Positions 22,532-44,304 of a DNA stretch of 64,000 nucleotides are shown here, one piece after another (position 1 is the stretch's first letter; each line of letters starts with the position of its first letter). Under the pieces are notes generated by a model that saw only the letters and a list, made by a program, of their open reading frames with translations, did no database searches and was not told where the DNA came from. The position numbers and the translations under genes are program-made. The stretch lies in NCBI RefSeq assembly GCF_009914755.1, contig NC_060948.1; one strand, written 5' to 3'. Origin of the DNA: the human T2T-CHM13v2.0 reference genome, Homo sapiens.

Positions 22532-24636
22532 AGATCCATATTTTTTAAATGAAAAAAAATTTCAAAGGTACTCTGCTTGGTACAATAATCAAATGTATAA
22601 ACTGAGGAATAAAACATAACCATGAAACCTACTTATAACTGCATATGGAAAATACAGAGGATAATTTTTTAAATAACATATTTTGAAAGCCTTAACTAGT
22701 AATTTGAAGAGTTGGCATTTGAAAGGCCAGTATGAATATACCTTCAAAGCAGCAACACAGGTTCCCCATGAGAAAAAGCAAACTCAGGGAAAATAAAACC
22801 ACAAAGGTTCAATCTCTTCTGACCTTTGAAAGACACAGCACAGACAGTGGTCCTTAGGACGAAGAGCAGGAGACCCCTAATTCCGTCACCATGGCGATAG
22901 GGCATAAACATAGCTGGGTGAGGGCACAATCCACATTGTGAGGTCCAACTGCTGCCAGGAAGACAGGAGTGCTTTTACATAGACCGAAAGGTCATTGAAG
23001 GCTCAGAGTTTTGTTTCAAGAACTGAATCCCAAGCCCACACGTTATTAGGCTGCGCTTCTTAAAACAAGTTATGAGATGGGAAAAAGGGCACCCACAAAC
23101 ATACGTATACATTATGTATATAATAATATACAGTATCATATATATAATATATATAACCTATGTATAATATTGTTTTACATCCTGCATCTTATGTTATATA
23201 TATTGTATAAAATATAATAATTGATAATATATAAGTTTTATAATTATACAATATGACATATAGTATATATTATAATTTATGACATATATAATATATGTTA
23301 TATATCATATATAGAATATATTATACGGTTAATATACGTATTAAATATAAATTATACATTATATATATTATATATAATATATCTGTTATATATAATACCC
23401 ATTATGCATAATATATATATTATGTCTATGTTATATATAGTATAAAACAACATATAATAATATATAATTGTATATATAAAATGCGACATATAATATATAT
23501 TATATTTTATAACATATGTAATATATATTATATATTATATATAATACGTTGTATGTATAATACCTATATTAAATATATATTATATGACTATGTTATTAAT
23601 TACATGTCACATGTGTTATATATTATATATTTTACATAGAATATACCGGTTAGATACAATATAAACTATGTTACCTATAATGTATAATTTATTACATGTA
23701 AAATAAAGAATGCAATATATTATGTATAATTTATAATATACAATATGTGGATTGTGATATATATAACATATAATATATGATATATGATATACAGTATATG
23801 ATATATAACATACAATATATGATTCCTAATATATATGGTATACAATATATATTTTATGATATGTATTCTATATGTTTTATATTCTGTTATATATAACTAT
23901 TTGAAATTATATATAACTGTATAATATTTTATGTAAATATGTAATATAATATATATAACTATATAATATATTATATATAACTATATATTATGTTATGTAT
24001 ACTTTTATAACATAATTTACATAAAATATCATAATATAATATATATTATATTATTTCATATTACATAATATATATTACATATCACCCAATATAACTAACA
24101 TACATAATATTATAATATAGATTATATTATGTTATATTAAATATCATATATATCATGTATCATATATTCTATAATATATATTACACATTATATAATATGT
24201 ATGTTGTCTATTATGTGATATATATAACTATATATATAATTATATTTTTATACATATAACTAGATAAACATGTAATTCTACATATTTTCATTTATAATAT
24301 GTAGAATTATATAATCATATATAATTATTTATATTCTATAAAAAATTTTATCATTATATAAATTATAATATATAAAAATTATAATATGTACTACAAATAT
24401 ATATATTATATATCATATATGATATAGTACCTTTGTTATATATCATAATACATATAAATGTGTATTATGTTATCTATAATTATATAATTTCATATATAAG
24501 GTGTATAATATGTATCATATATTATATATGTTATGTAATATATATAGTATATATAAGATGACACAGGATAAATATTATATACTATGACATATAAAATATA
24601 TGAGGTTATATGTTACATATAAGGCATAGCACATAA

Positions 24637-24951
<315 letters not shown>

Positions 24952-27055
24952 AGATCCATATTTTTTAAATGAAAAAAAATTTCAAAGGTACTCTGCTTGG
25001 TACAATAATCAAATGTATAAACTGAGGAATAAAACATAACCATGAAACCTACTTATAACTGCATATGGAAAATACAGAGGATAATTTTTTAAATAACATA
25101 TTTTGAAAGCCTTAACTAGTAATTTGAAGAGTTGGCATTTGAAAGGCCAGTATGAATATACCTTCAAAGCAGCAACACAGGTTCCCCATGAGAAAAAGCA
25201 AACACAGGGAAAATAAAAACACAAAGGTTCAATCTCTTCTGACCTTTGAAAGACACAGCACAGACAGTGGTCCTTAGGACGAAGAGCAGGAGACCCCTAA
25301 TTCCGTCACCATGGCGATAGGGCATAAACATTGCTGGGTGAGGGCACAATCCACATTGTGAGGTCCAACTGCTGCCAGGAAGACAGGAGTGCTTTTACAT
25401 AGACCGAAAGGTCATTGAAGGCTCAGAGTTTTGTTTCAAGAACTGAATCCCAAGCCCACACGTTATTAGGCTGCGCTTCTTAAAACAAGTTATGAGATGG
25501 GAAAAAGGGCACCCACAAACATACGTATACATTATGTATATAATAATATACAGTATCATATATATAATATATATAACCTATGTATAATATTGTTTTACAT
25601 CCTGCATCTTATGTTATATATATTGTATAAAATATAATAATTGATAATATATAAGTTTTATAATTATACAATATGACATATAGTATATATTATAATTTAT
25701 GACATATATAATATATGTTATATATCATATATAGAGTATATTATACGGTTAATATACGTATTAAATATAAATTATACATTATATATATTATATATAATAT
25801 ATCTGTTATATATAATACCCATTATGCATAATATATATATTATGTCTATGTTATATATAGTATAAAACAACATATAATAATATATAATTGTATATATAAA
25901 ATGCGACATATAATATATATTATATTTTATAACATATGTAATATATATTATATATTATCTATAATACGTTGTATGTATAATACCTATATTAAATATATAT
26001 TATATGACTATGTTATTAATTACATGTCACATGTGTTATATATTATATATTTTAAATAGAATATACCGGTTACATACAATATATACTATGTTACCTATAA
26101 TGTATAATTTATTACATGTAAAATAAGGAATGCAATATATTATGTATAATTTATAATATACAATATGTGGAATGTGATATATATAACATATAATATATGA
26201 TATATGATATACAGTATATGATATATAACATACAATATATGATTCCTAATATATATGGTATACAATATATATTTTATGATATGTATTCTATATGTTTTAT
26301 ATTCTGTTATATATAACTATTTGAAATTATATATAACTGTATAATATTTTATGTAATATGTAATATAATATATATAACTATATAATATATTATATATAAC
26401 TATATATTATGTTATATATACTTTTATAACATAATTTACATAAAATATCATAATATAATATATATTATATTATTTCATATTACATAATATATATTACATA
26501 TCACCCAATATAACTAACGTACATAATATTATAATATAGATTATATTATGTTATATTAAATATCATATATATCATGTATCATATATTCTATAGTATATAT
26601 TACACATTATATAATATGTATGTTGTCTATTATGTGATATATATAACTATATATATAATTATATTTTTATACATATAACTAGATAAACATGTAATTCTAC
26701 ATATTTTCATTTATAATATGTAGAATTATATAATCATATATAATTATTTATATTCTATAAAAAATTTTATCATTATATGAATTATAATATATAAAAATTA
26801 TAATATGTACTACAAATATATATATTATATATCATATATGATATAGTACCTTTGTTATATATCATAATACATATAAATGTGTATTATGTTATCTATAATT
26901 ATATAATTTCATATATAAGATGTATAATATGTATCATATATTATATATGTTATGTAATATATATAGTATATATAAGATGACACAGGATAAATATTATATA
27001 CTATGACATATAAAATATATGAGGTTATATGTTACATATAATGCATAGCACATAA

Positions 27056-27370
<315 letters not shown>

Positions 27371-29475
27371 AGATCCGTATTTTTTAAATGAAAAAAAATT
27401 TCAAAGGTACTCTGCTTGGTACAATAATCAAATGTATAAACTGAGGAATAAAACATAACCATGAAACCTACTTATAACTGCATATGGAAAATACAGAGGA
27501 TAATTTTTTAAATAACATATTTTGAAAGCCTTAACTAGTAATTTGAAGAGTTGGCATTTGAAAGGCCAGTATGAATATACCTTCAAAGCAGCAACACAGG
27601 TTCCCCATGAGAAAAAGCAAACTCAGGGAAAATAAAACCACAAAGGTTCAATCTCTTCTGACCTTTGAAAGACACAGCACAGACAGTGGTCCTTAGGACG
27701 AAGAGCAGGAGACCCCTAATTCCGTCACCATGGCGATAGGGCATAAACATTGCTGGGTGAGGGCACAATCCACATTGTGAGGTCCAACTGCTGCCAGGAA
27801 GACAGGAGTGCTTTTACATAGACCGAAAGGTCATTGAAGGCTCAGAGTTTTGTTTCAAGAACTGAATCCCAAGCCCACACGTTATTAGGCTGCGCTTCTT
27901 AAAACAAGTTATGAGATGGGAAAAAGGGCACCCACAAACATACGTATACATTATGTATATAATAATATACAGTATCATATATATAATATATATAACCTAT
28001 GTATAATATTGTTTTACATCCTGCATCTTATGTTATATATATTGTATAAAATATAATAATTGATAATATATAAGTTTTATAATTATACAATATGACATAT
28101 AGTATATATTATAATTTATGACATATATAATATATGTTATATATCATATATAGAATATATTATACGGTTAATATACGTATTAAATATAAATTATACATTA
28201 TATATATTATATATAATATATCTGTTATATATAATACCCATTATGCATAATATATATATTATGTCTATGTTATATATAGTATAAAACAACATATAATAAT
28301 ATATAATTGTATATATAAAATGCGACATATAATATATATTATATTTTATAACATATGTAATATATATTATATATTATATATAATACGTTGTATGTATAAT
28401 ACCTATATTAAATATATATTATATGACTATGTTATTAATTACATGTCACATGTGTTATATATTATATATTTTACATAGAATATACCGGTTAGATACAATA
28501 TATACTATGTTACCTATAATGTATAATTTATTACATGTAAAATAAAGAATGCAATATATTATGTATAATTTATAATATACAATATGTGGAATGTGATATA
28601 TATAACATATAATATATGATATATGATATACAGTATATGATATATAACATACAATATATGATTCCTAATATATATGGTATACAATATATATTTTATGATA
28701 TGTATTCTATATGTTTTATATTCTGTTATATATAACTATTTGAAATTATATATAACTGTATAATATTTTATGTAAATATGTAATATAATATATATAACTA
28801 TATAATATATTATATATAACTATATATTATGTTATATATACTTTTATAACATAATTTACATAAAATATCATAATATAATATATATTATATTATTTCATAT
28901 TACATAATATATATTACATATCACCCAATATAACTAACATACATAATATTATAATATAGATTATATTATGTTATATTAAATATCATATATATCATGTATC
29001 ATATATTCTATAATATATATTACACTTTATATATTATGTATGTTGTCTATTATGTGATATATATAACTATATATATAATTATATTTTTATACATATAACT
29101 AGATAACCATGTAATTCTACATATTTTCATTTATAATATGTAGAATTATATAATCATATATAATTATTTATATTCTATAAAAAATTTTATCATTATATAA
29201 ATTATAATATATAAAAATTATAATATGTACTACAAATATATATATTATATATCATATATGATATAGTACCTTTGTTATATATCATAATACATATAAATGT
29301 GTATTATGTTATCTATAATTATATAATTTCATATATAAGGTGTATAATATGTATCATATATTATATATGTTATGTAATATATATAGTATATATAAGATGA
29401 CACAGGATAAATATTATATACTATGACATATAAAATATATGAGGTTATATGTTACATATAAGGCATAGCACATAA

Positions 29476-29790
<315 letters not shown>

Positions 29791-31895
29791 AGATCCATAT
29801 TTTTTAAATGAAAAAAAATTTCAAAGGTACTCTGCTTGGTACAATAATCAAATGTATAAACTGAGGAATAAAACATAACCATGAAACCTACTTATAACTG
29901 CATATGGAAAATACAGAGGATAATTTTTTAAATAACATATTTTGAAAGCCTTAACTAGTAATTTGAAGAGTTGGCATTTGAAAGGCCAGTATGAATATAC
30001 CTTCAAAGCAGCAACACAGGTTCCCCATGAGAAAAAGCAAACACAGGGAAAATAAAAACACAAAGGTTCAATCTCTTCTGACCTTTGAAAGACACAGCAC
30101 AGACAGTGGTCCTTAGGACGAAGAGCAGGAGACCCCTAATTCCGTCACCATGGCGATAGGGCATAAACATTGCTGGGTGAGGGCACAATCCACATTGTGA
30201 GGTCCAACTGCTGCCAGGAAGACAGGAGTGCTTTTACATAGACCGAAAGGTCATTGAAGGCTCAGAGTTTTGTTTCAAGAACTGAATCCCAAGCCCACAC
30301 GTTATTAGGCTGCGCTTCTTAAAACAAGTTATGAGATGGGAAAAAGGGCACCCACAAACATACGTATACATTATGTATATAATAATATACAGTATCATAT
30401 ATATAATATATATAACCTATGTATAATATTGTTTTACATCCTGCATCTTATGTTATATATATTGTATAAAATATAATAATTGATAATATATAAGTTTTAT
30501 AATTATACAATATGACATATAGTATATATTATAATTTATGACATATATAATATATGTTATATATCATATATAGAATATATTATACGGTTAATATACGTAT
30601 TAAATATAAATTATACATTATATATATTATATATAATATATCTGTTATATATAATACCCATTATGCATAATATATATATTATGTCTATGTTATATATAGT
30701 ATAAAACAACATATAATAATATATAATTGTATATATAAAATGCGACATATAATATATATTATATTTTATAACATATGTAATATATATTATATATTATATA
30801 TAATACGTTGTATGTATAATACCTATATTAAATATATATTATATGACTATGTTATTAATTACATGTCACATGTGTTATATATTATATATTTTACATAGAA
30901 TATACCGGTTAGATACAATATATACTATGTTACCTATAATGTATAATTTATTTCATGTAAAATAAAGAATGCAATATATTATGTATAATTTATAATATAC
31001 AATATGTGGAATGTGATATATATAACATATAATATATGATATATGATATACAGTATATGATATATAACATACAATATATGATTCCTAATATATATGGTAT
31101 ACAATATATATTTTATGATATGTATTCTATATGTTTTATATTCTGTTATATATAACTATTTGAAATTATATATAACTGTATAATATTTTATGTAAATATG
31201 TAATATAATATATATAACTATATAATATATTATATATAACTATATATTATGTTATATATACTTTTATAACATAATTTACATAAAATATCATAATATAATA
31301 TATATTATATTATTTCATATTACATAATATATATTACATATCACCCAATATAACTAACATACATAATATTATAATATAGATTATATTATGTTATATTAAA
31401 TATCATATATATCATGTATCATATATTCTATAATATATATTACACTTTATATAATATGTATGTTGTCTATTATGTGATATATATAACTATATATATAATT
31501 ATATTTTTATACATATAACTAGATAACCATGTAATTCTACATATTTTCATTTATAATATGTAGAATTATATAATCATATATAATTATTTATATTCTATAA
31601 AAAATTTTATCATTATATAAATTATAATATATAAAAATTATAATATGTACTACAAATATATATATTATATATCATATATGATATAGTACCTTTGTTATAT
31701 ATCATAATACATATAAATGTGTATTATGTTATCTATAATTATATAATTTCATATATAAGGTGTATAATATGTATCATATATTATATATGTTATGTAATAT
31801 ATATAGTATATATAAGATGACACAGGATAAATATTATATACTATGACATATAAAATATATGAGGTTATATGTTACATATAAGGCATAGCACATAA

Positions 31896-32210
<315 letters not shown>

Positions 32211-34314
32211 AGATCCGTATTTTTTAAATGAAAAAAAATTTCAAAGGTGCTCTGCTTGGTACAATAATCAAATGTATAAACTGAGGAATAAAACATAACC
32301 ATGAAACCTACTTATAACTGCATATGGAAAATACAGAGGATAATTTTTTAAATAACATATTTTGAAAGCCTTAACTAGTAATTTGAAGAGTTGGCATTTG
32401 AAAGGCCAGTATGAATATACCTTCAAAGCAGCAACACAGGTTCCCCATGAGAAAAAGCAAACACAGGGAAAATAAAAACACAAAGGTTCAATCTCTTCTG
32501 ACCTTTGAAAGACACAGCACAGACAGTGGTCCTTAGGACGAAGAGCAGGAGACCCCTAATTCCGTCACCATGGCGATAGGGCATAAACATTGCTGGGTGA
32601 GGGCACAATCCACATTGTGAGGTCCAACTGCTGCCAGGAAGACAGGAGTGCTTTTACATAGACCGAAAGGTCATTGAAGGCTCAGAGTTTTGTTTCAAGA
32701 ACTGAATCCCAAGCCCACACGTTATTAGGCTGCGCTTCTTAAAACAAGTTATGAGATGGGAAAAAGGGCACCCACAAACATACGTATACATTATGTATAT
32801 AATAATATACAGTATCATATATATAATATATATAACCTATGTATAATATTGTTTTACATCCTGCATCTTATGTTATATATATTGTATAAAATATAATAAT
32901 TGATAATATATAAGTTTTATAATTATACAATATGACATATAGTATATATTATAATTTATGACATATATAATATATGTTATATATCATATATAGAGTATAT
33001 TATACGGTTAATATACGTATTAAATATAAATTATACATTATATATATTATATATAATATATCTGTTATATATAATACCCATTATGCATAATATATATATT
33101 ATGTCTATGTTATATATAGTATAAAACAACATATAATAATATATAATTGTATATATAAAATGCGACATATAATATATATTATATTTTATAACATATGTAA
33201 TATATATTATATATTATCTATAATACGTTGTATGTATAATACCTATATTAAATATATATTATATGACTATGTTATTAATTACATGTCACATGTGTTATAT
33301 ATTATATATTTTAAATAGAATATACCGGTTACATACAATATATACTATGTTACCTATAATGTATAATTTATTACATGTAAAATAAGGAATGCAATATATT
33401 ATGTATAATTTATAATATACAATATGTGGAATGTGATATATATAACATATAATATATGATATATGATATACAGTATATGATATATAACATACAATATATG
33501 ATTCCTAATATATATGGTATACAATATATATTTTATGATATGTATTCTATATGTTTTATATTCTGTTATATATAACTATTTGAAATTATATATAACTGTA
33601 TAATATTTTATGTAATATGTAATATAATATATATAACTATATAATATATTATATATAACTATATATTATGTTATATATACTTTTATAACATAATTTACAT
33701 AAAATATCATAATATAATATATATTATATTATTTCATATTACATAATATATATTACATATCACCCAATATAACTAACGTACATAATATTATAATATAGAT
33801 TATATTATGTTATATTAAATATCATATATATCATGTATCATATATTCTATAGTATATATTATACATTATATAATATGTATGTTGTCTATTATGTGATATA
33901 TATAACTATATATATAATTATATTTTTATACATATAACTAGATAAACATGTAATTCTACATATTTTCATTTATAATATGTAGAATTATATAATCATATAT
34001 AATTATTTATATTCTATAAAAAATTTTATCATTATATGAATTATAATATATAAAAATTATAATATGTACTACAAATATATATATTATATATCATATATGA
34101 TATAGTACCTTTGTTATATATCATAATACATATAAATGTGTATTATGTTATCTATAATTATATAATTTCATATATAAGATGTATAATATGTATCATATAT
34201 TATATATGTTATGTAATATATATAGTATATATAAGATGACACAGGATAAATATTATATACTATGACATATAAAATATATGAGGTTATATGTTACATATAA
34301 TGCATAGCACATAA

Positions 34315-34629
<315 letters not shown>

Positions 34630-36729
34630 AGATCCGTATTTTTTAAATGAAAAAAAATTTCAAAGGTACTCTGCTTGGTACAATAATCAAATGTATAAAC
34701 TGAGGAATAAAACATAACCATGAAACCTACTTATAACTGCATATGGAAAATACAGAGGATAATTTTTTAAATAACATATTTTGAAAGCCTTAACTAGTAA
34801 TTTGAAGAGTTGGCATTTGAAAGGCCAGTATGAATATACCTTCAAAGCAGCAACACAGGTTCCCCATGAGAAAAAGCAAACTCAGGGAAAATAAAACCAC
34901 AAAGGTTCAATCTCTTCTGACCTTTGAAAGACACAGCACAGACAGTGGTCCTTAGGACGAAGAGCAGGAGACCCCTAATTCCGTCACCATGGCGATAGGG
35001 CATAAACATTGCTGGGTGAGGGCACAATCCACATTGTGAGGTCCAACTGCTGCCAGGAAGACAGGAGTGCTTTTACATAGACCGAAAGGTCATTGAAGGC
35101 TCAGAGTTTTGTTTCAAGAACTGAATCCCAAGCCCACACGTTATTAGGCTGCGCTTCTTAAAACAAGTTATGAGATGGGAAAAAGGGCACCCACAAACAT
35201 ACGTATACATTATGTATATAATAATATACAGTATCATATATATAATATATATAACCTATGTATAATATAGTTTTACATCCTGCATCTTATGTTATATATA
35301 TTGTATAAAATATAATAATTGATAATATATAAGTTTTATAATTATACAATATGACATATAGTATATAATTTATGACATATATAATATATGTTATATATCA
35401 TATATAGAATATATTATACGGTTAATATACGTATTAAATATAAATTATACATTATATATATTATATATAATATATCTGTTATATATAATACCCATTATGC
35501 ATAATATATATATTATGTCTATGTTATATATAGTATAAAACAACATATAATAATATATAATTGTATATATAAAATGCGACATATAATATATATTATATTT
35601 TATAACATATGTAATATATATTATATATTATATATAATACGTTGTATGTATAATACCTATATTAAATATATATTATATGACTATGTTATTAATTACATGT
35701 CACATGTGTTATATATTATATATTTTACATAGAATATACCGGTTAGATACAATATATACTATGTTACCTATAATGTATAATTTATTACATGTAAAATAAA
35801 GAATGCAATATATTATGTATAATTTATAATATACAATATGTGGAATGTGATATATATAACATATAATATATGATATATGATATACAGTATATGATATATA
35901 ACATACAATATATGATTCCTAATATATATGGTATACAATATATATTTTATGATATGTATTCTATATGTTTTATATTCTGTTATATATAACTATTTGAAAT
36001 TATATATAACTGTATAATATTTTATGTAAATATGTAATATAATATATATAACTATATAATATATTATATATAACTATATATTATGTTATATATACTTTTA
36101 TAACATAATTTACATAAAATATCATAATATAATATATATTATATTATTTCATATTACATAATATATATTACATATCACCCAATATAACTAACATACATAA
36201 TATTATAATATAGATTATATTATGTTATATTAAATATCATATATATCATGTATCATATATTCTATAATATATATTACACTTTATATAATATGTATGTTGT
36301 CTATTATGTGATATATATAACTATATATATAATTATATTTTTATACATATAACTAGATAACCATGTAATTCTACATATTTTCATTTATAATATGTAGAAT
36401 TATATAATCATATACAATTATTTATATTCTATAAAAAATTTTATCATTATATAAATTATAATATATAAAAATTATAATATGTACTACAAATATATATATT
36501 ATATATCATATATGATATAGTACCTTTGTTATATATCATAATACATATAAATGTGTATTATGTTATCTATAATTATATAATTTCATATATAAGGTGTATA
36601 ATATGTATCATATATTATATATGTTATGTAATATATATAGTATATATAAGATGACACAGGATAAATATTATATACTATGACATATAAAATATATGAGGTT
36701 ATATGTTACATATAAGGCATAGCACATAA

Positions 36730-37044
<315 letters not shown>

Positions 37045-39149
37045 AGATCCATATTTTTTAAATGAAAAAAAATTTCAAAGGTACTCTGCTTGGTACAATA
37101 ATCAAATGTATAAACTGAGGAATAAAACATAACCATGAAACCTACTTATAACTGCATATGGAAAATACAGAGGATAATTTTTTAAATAACATATTTTGAA
37201 AGCCTTAACTAGTAATTTGAAGAGTTGGCATTTGAAAGGCCAGTATGAATATACCTTCAAAGCAGCAACACAGGTTCCCCATGAGAAAAAGCAAACTCAG
37301 GGAAAATAAAACCACAAAGGTTCAATCTCTTCTGACCTTTGAAAGACACAGCACAGACAGTGGTCCTTAGGACGAAGAGCAGGAGACCCCTAATTCCGTC
37401 ACCATGGCGATAGGGCATAAACATAGCTGGGTGAGGGCACAATCCACATTGTGAGGTCCAACTGCTGCCAGGAAGACAGGAGTGCTTTTACATAGACCGA
37501 AAGGTCATTGAAGGCTCAGAGTTTTGTTTCAAGAACTGAATCCCAAGCCCACACGTTATTAGGCTGCGCTTCTTAAAACAAGTTATGAGATGGGAAAAAG
37601 GGCACCCACAAACATACGTATACATTATGTATATAATAATATACAGTATCATATATATAATATATATAACCTATGTATAATATTGTTTTACATCCTGCAT
37701 CTTATGTTATATATATTGTATAAAATATAATAATTGATAATATATAAGTTTTATAATTATACAATATGACATATAGTATATATTATAATTTATGACATAT
37801 ATAATATATGTTATATATCATATATAGAATATATTATACGGTTAATATACGTATTAAATATAAATTATACATTATATATATTATATATAATATATCTGTT
37901 ATATATAATACCCATTATGCATAATATATATATTATGTCTATGTTATATATAGTATAAAACAACATATAATAATATATAATTGTATATATAAAATGCGAC
38001 ATATAATATATATTATATTTTATAACATATGTAATATATATTATATATTATATATAATACGTTGTATGTATAATACCTATATTAAATATATATTATATGA
38101 CTATGTTATTAATTACATGTCACATGTGTTATATATTATATATTTTACATAGAATATACCGGTTAGATACAATATAAACTATGTTACCTATAATGTATAA
38201 TTTATTACATGTAAAATAAAGAATGCAATATATTATGTATAATTTATAATATACAATATGTGGATTGTGATATATATAACATATAATATATGATATATGA
38301 TATACAGTATATGATATATAACATACAATATATGATTCCTAATATATATGGTATACAATATATATTTTATGATATGTATTCTATATGTTTTATATTCTGT
38401 TATATATAACTATTTGAAATTATATATAACTGTATAATATTTTATGTAAATATGTAATATAATATATATAACTATATAATATATTATATATAACTATATA
38501 TTATGTTATGTATACTTTTATAACATAATTTACATAAAATATCATAATATAATATATATTATATTATTTCATATTACATAATATATATTACATATCACCC
38601 AATATAACTAACATACATAATATTATAATATAGATTATATTATGTTATATTAAATATCATATATATCATGTATCATATATTCTATAATATATATTACACA
38701 TTATATAATATGTATGTTGTCTATTATGTGATATATATAACTATATATATAATTATATTTTTATACATATAACTAGATAAACATGTAATTCTACATATTT
38801 TCATTTATAATATGTAGAATTATATAATCATATATAATTATTTATATTCTATAAAAAATTTTATCATTATATAAATTATAATATATAAAAATTATAATAT
38901 GTACTACAAATATATATATTATATATCATATATGATATAGTACCTTTGTTATATATCATAATACATATAAATGTGTATTATGTTATCTATAATTATATAA
39001 TTTCATATATAAGGTGTATAATATGTATCATATATTATATATGTTATGTAATATATATAGTATATATAAGATGACACAGGATAAATATTATATACTATGA
39101 CATATAAAATATATGAGGTTATATGTTACATATAAGGCATAGCACATAA

Positions 39150-39464
<315 letters not shown>

Positions 39465-41571
39465 AGATCCATATTTTTTAAATGAAAAAAAATTTCAAAG
39501 GTACTCTGCTTGGTACAATAATCAAATGTATAAACTGAGGAATAAAACATAACCATGAAACCTACTTATAACTGCATATGGAAAATACAGAGGATAATTT
39601 TTTAAATAACATATTTTGAAAGCCTTAACTAGTAATTTGAAGAGTTGGCATTTGAAAGGCCAGTATGAATATACCTTCAAAGCAGCAACACAGGTTCCCC
39701 ATGAGAAAAAGCAAACACAGGGAAAATAAAAACACAAAGGTTCAATCTCTTCTGACCTTTGAAAGACACAGCACAGACAGTGGTCCTTAGGACGAAGAGC
39801 AGGAGACCCCTAATTCCGTCACCATGGCGATAGGGCATAAACATTGCTGGGTGAGGGCACAATCCACATTGTGAGGTCCAACTGCTGCCAGGAAGACAGG
39901 AGTGCTTTTACATAGACCGAAAGGTCATTGAAGGCTCAGAGTTTTGTTTCAAGAACTGAATCCCAAGCCCACACGTTATTAGGCTGCGCTTCTTAAAACA
40001 AGTCATGAGATGGGAAAAAGGGCACCCACAAACATACGTATACATTATGTATATAATAATATACAGTATCATATATATAATATATATAACCTATGTATAA
40101 TATTGTTTTACATCCTGCATCTTATGTTATATATATTGTATAAAATATAATAATTGATAATATATAAGTTTTATAATTATACAATATGACATATAGTATA
40201 TATTATAATTTATGACATATATAATATATGTTATATATCATATATAGAATATATTATACGGTTAATATACGTATTAAATATAAATTATACCTTATATATA
40301 TTATATATAATATATCTGTTATATATAATACCCATTATGCATAATATATATATTATGTCTATGTTATATATAGTATAAAACAACATATAATAATATATAA
40401 TTGTATATATAAAATGCGACATATAATATATATTATATTTTATAACATATGTAATATATATTATATATTATATATAATACGTTGTATGTATAATACCTAT
40501 ATTAAATATATATTATATAACTATGTTATTAATTACATGTCACATGTGTTATATATTATATATTTTACATAGAATATACCGGTTACATACAATATATACT
40601 ATGTTACCTATAATGTATAATTGATTACATGTAAAATAAAGAATGCAATATATTATGTATAATTTATAATATACAATATGTGGAATGTGACATATGTAAC
40701 ATATAATATATGATATATGATATACAGTATATGATATATAACATACAATATATGATTCCTAATATATATGGTATACAATATATATTTTATGATATGTATT
40801 CTATATGTTTTATATTCTGTTATATATAACTATTTGAAATTATATATAACTGTATAATATTTTATGTAAATATGTAATATAATATATATAACTATATAAT
40901 ATATTATATATAACTATATATTATGTTATATATATTTTTATAACATAATTTACATAAAATATCATAATATTATATATATTATATTATTTCATATTACATA
41001 ATATATATTACATATCACCCAATATAACTAACATACATAATATTATAATATAGATTATATTATGTTATATTAAATATCATACATATCATGTATCATATAT
41101 TCTATAATATATATTACACATTATATAATATGTATGTTGTCTATTATGTGATATATATAACTATATATATAATTATATTTTTATACATATAACTAGATAA
41201 ACATGTAATTCTACATATTTTCATTTATAATATGTAGAATTATATAATCATATATAATTATTTATATTCTATAAAAAATTTTATCATTATATAAATTATA
41301 ATATATAAAAATTATAATATGTACTACAAATATATATATATTATATATAATATATGATATAGTACCTTTGTTATATATCATAATACATATAAATGTGTAT
41401 TATATTATCTATAATTATATAATTTCATATATAAGATGTATAATATGTATCATATAATATATATGTTATGTAATATATATAGTATATATAAGATGACACA
41501 GGATAAATATTATATACTATGACATATAAAATATATGAGGTTATATGTTACATATAAGGCATAGCACATAA

Positions 41572-41886
<315 letters not shown>

Positions 41887-43989
41887 AGATCCATATTTTT
41901 TAAATGAAAAAAAATTTCAAAGGTACTCTGCTTGGTACAATAATCAAATGTATAAACTGAGGAATAAAACATAACCATGAAACCTACTTATAACTGCATA
42001 TGGAAAATACAGAGGATAATTTTTTAAATAACATATTTTGAAAGCCTTAACTAGTAATTTGAAGAGTTGGCATTTGAAAGGCCAGTATGAATATACCTTC
42101 AAAGCAGCAACACAGGTTCCCCATGAGAAAAAGCAAACACAGGGAAAATAAAAACACAAAGGTTCAATCTCTTCTGACCTTTGAAAGACACAGCACAGAC
42201 AGTGGTCCTTAGGACGAAGAGCAGGAGACCCCTAATTCCGTCACCATGGCGATAGGGCATAAACATTGCTGGGTGAGGGCACAATCCACATTGTGAGGTC
42301 CAACTGCTGCCAGGAAGACAGGAGTGCTTTTACATAGACCGAAAGGTCATTGAAGGCTCAGAGTTTTGTTTCAAGAACTGAATCCCAAGCCCACACGTTA
42401 TTAGGCTGCGCTTCTTAAAACAAGTTATGAGATGGGAAAAAGGGCACCCACAAACATACGTATACATTATGTATATAATAATATACAGTATCATATATAT
42501 AATATATAACCTATGCATAATATTGTTTTACATCCTGCATCTTATGTTATATATATTGTATAAAATATAATAATTGATAATATATAAGTTTTATAATTAT
42601 ACAATATGACATATAGTATATATTATAATTTATGACATATATAATATATGTTATATATCATATATAGAATATATTATACGGTTAATATACGTATTAAATA
42701 TAAATTATACCTTATATATATTATATATAATATATCTGTTATATATAATACCCATTATGCATAATATATATATTATGTCTATGTTATATATAGTATAAAA
42801 CAACATATAATAATATATAATTGTATATATAAAATGCGACATATAATATATATTATATTTTATAACATATGTAATATATATTATATATTATATATAATAC
42901 GTTGTATGTATAATACCTATATTAAATATATATTATATAACTATGTTATTAATTACATGTCACATGTGTTATATATTATATATTTTACATAGAATATACC
43001 GGTTACATACAATATATACTATGTTACCTATAATGTATAATTGATTACATGTAAAATAAAGAATGCAATATATTATGTATAATTTATAATATACAATATG
43101 TGGAATGTGACATATGTAACATATAATATATGATATATGATATACAGTATATGATATATAACATACAATATATGATTCCTAATATATATGGTATACAATA
43201 TATATTTTATGATATGTATTCTATATGTTTTATATTCTGTTATATATAACTATTTGAAATTATATATAACTGTATAATATTTTATGTAAATATGTAATAT
43301 AATATATATAACTATATAATATATTATATATAACTATATATTATGTTATATATACTTTTATAACATAATTTACATAAAATATCATAATATAATATATATT
43401 ATATTATTTCATATTACATAATATATATTACATATCACCCAATATAACTAACATACATAATATTATAATATAGATTATATTATGTTATATTAAATATCAT
43501 ACATATCATGTATCATATATTCTATAATAGATAGTACACATTATATAATATGTATGTTGTCTATTATGTGATATATATAACTATATATATAATTATATTT
43601 TTATACATATAACTAGATAAACATGTAATTCTACATATTTTCATTTATAATATGTAGAATTATATAATCATATATAATTATTTATATTCTATAAAAAATT
43701 TTATCATTATATAAATTATAATATATAAAAATTATAATATGTACTACAAATATATATATTATATATCATATATGATATAGTACCTTTGTTATATATCATA
43801 ATACATATAAATGTGTATTATGTTATCTATAATTATATAATTTCATATATAAGGTGTATAATATGTATCATATATTATATATGTTATGTAATATATATAG
43901 TATATATAAGATGACACAGGATAAATATTATATACTATGACATATAAAATATATGAGGTTATATGTTACATATAAGGCATAGCACATAA

Positions 43990-44304
<315 letters not shown>

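Noticed and set aside
42330-42518. Singleton 62-aa ORF
   Set aside because: Created by a private T>C giving an ATG on the minus strand plus a 2-bp deletion; its I/Y-rich start is translated AT repeat.
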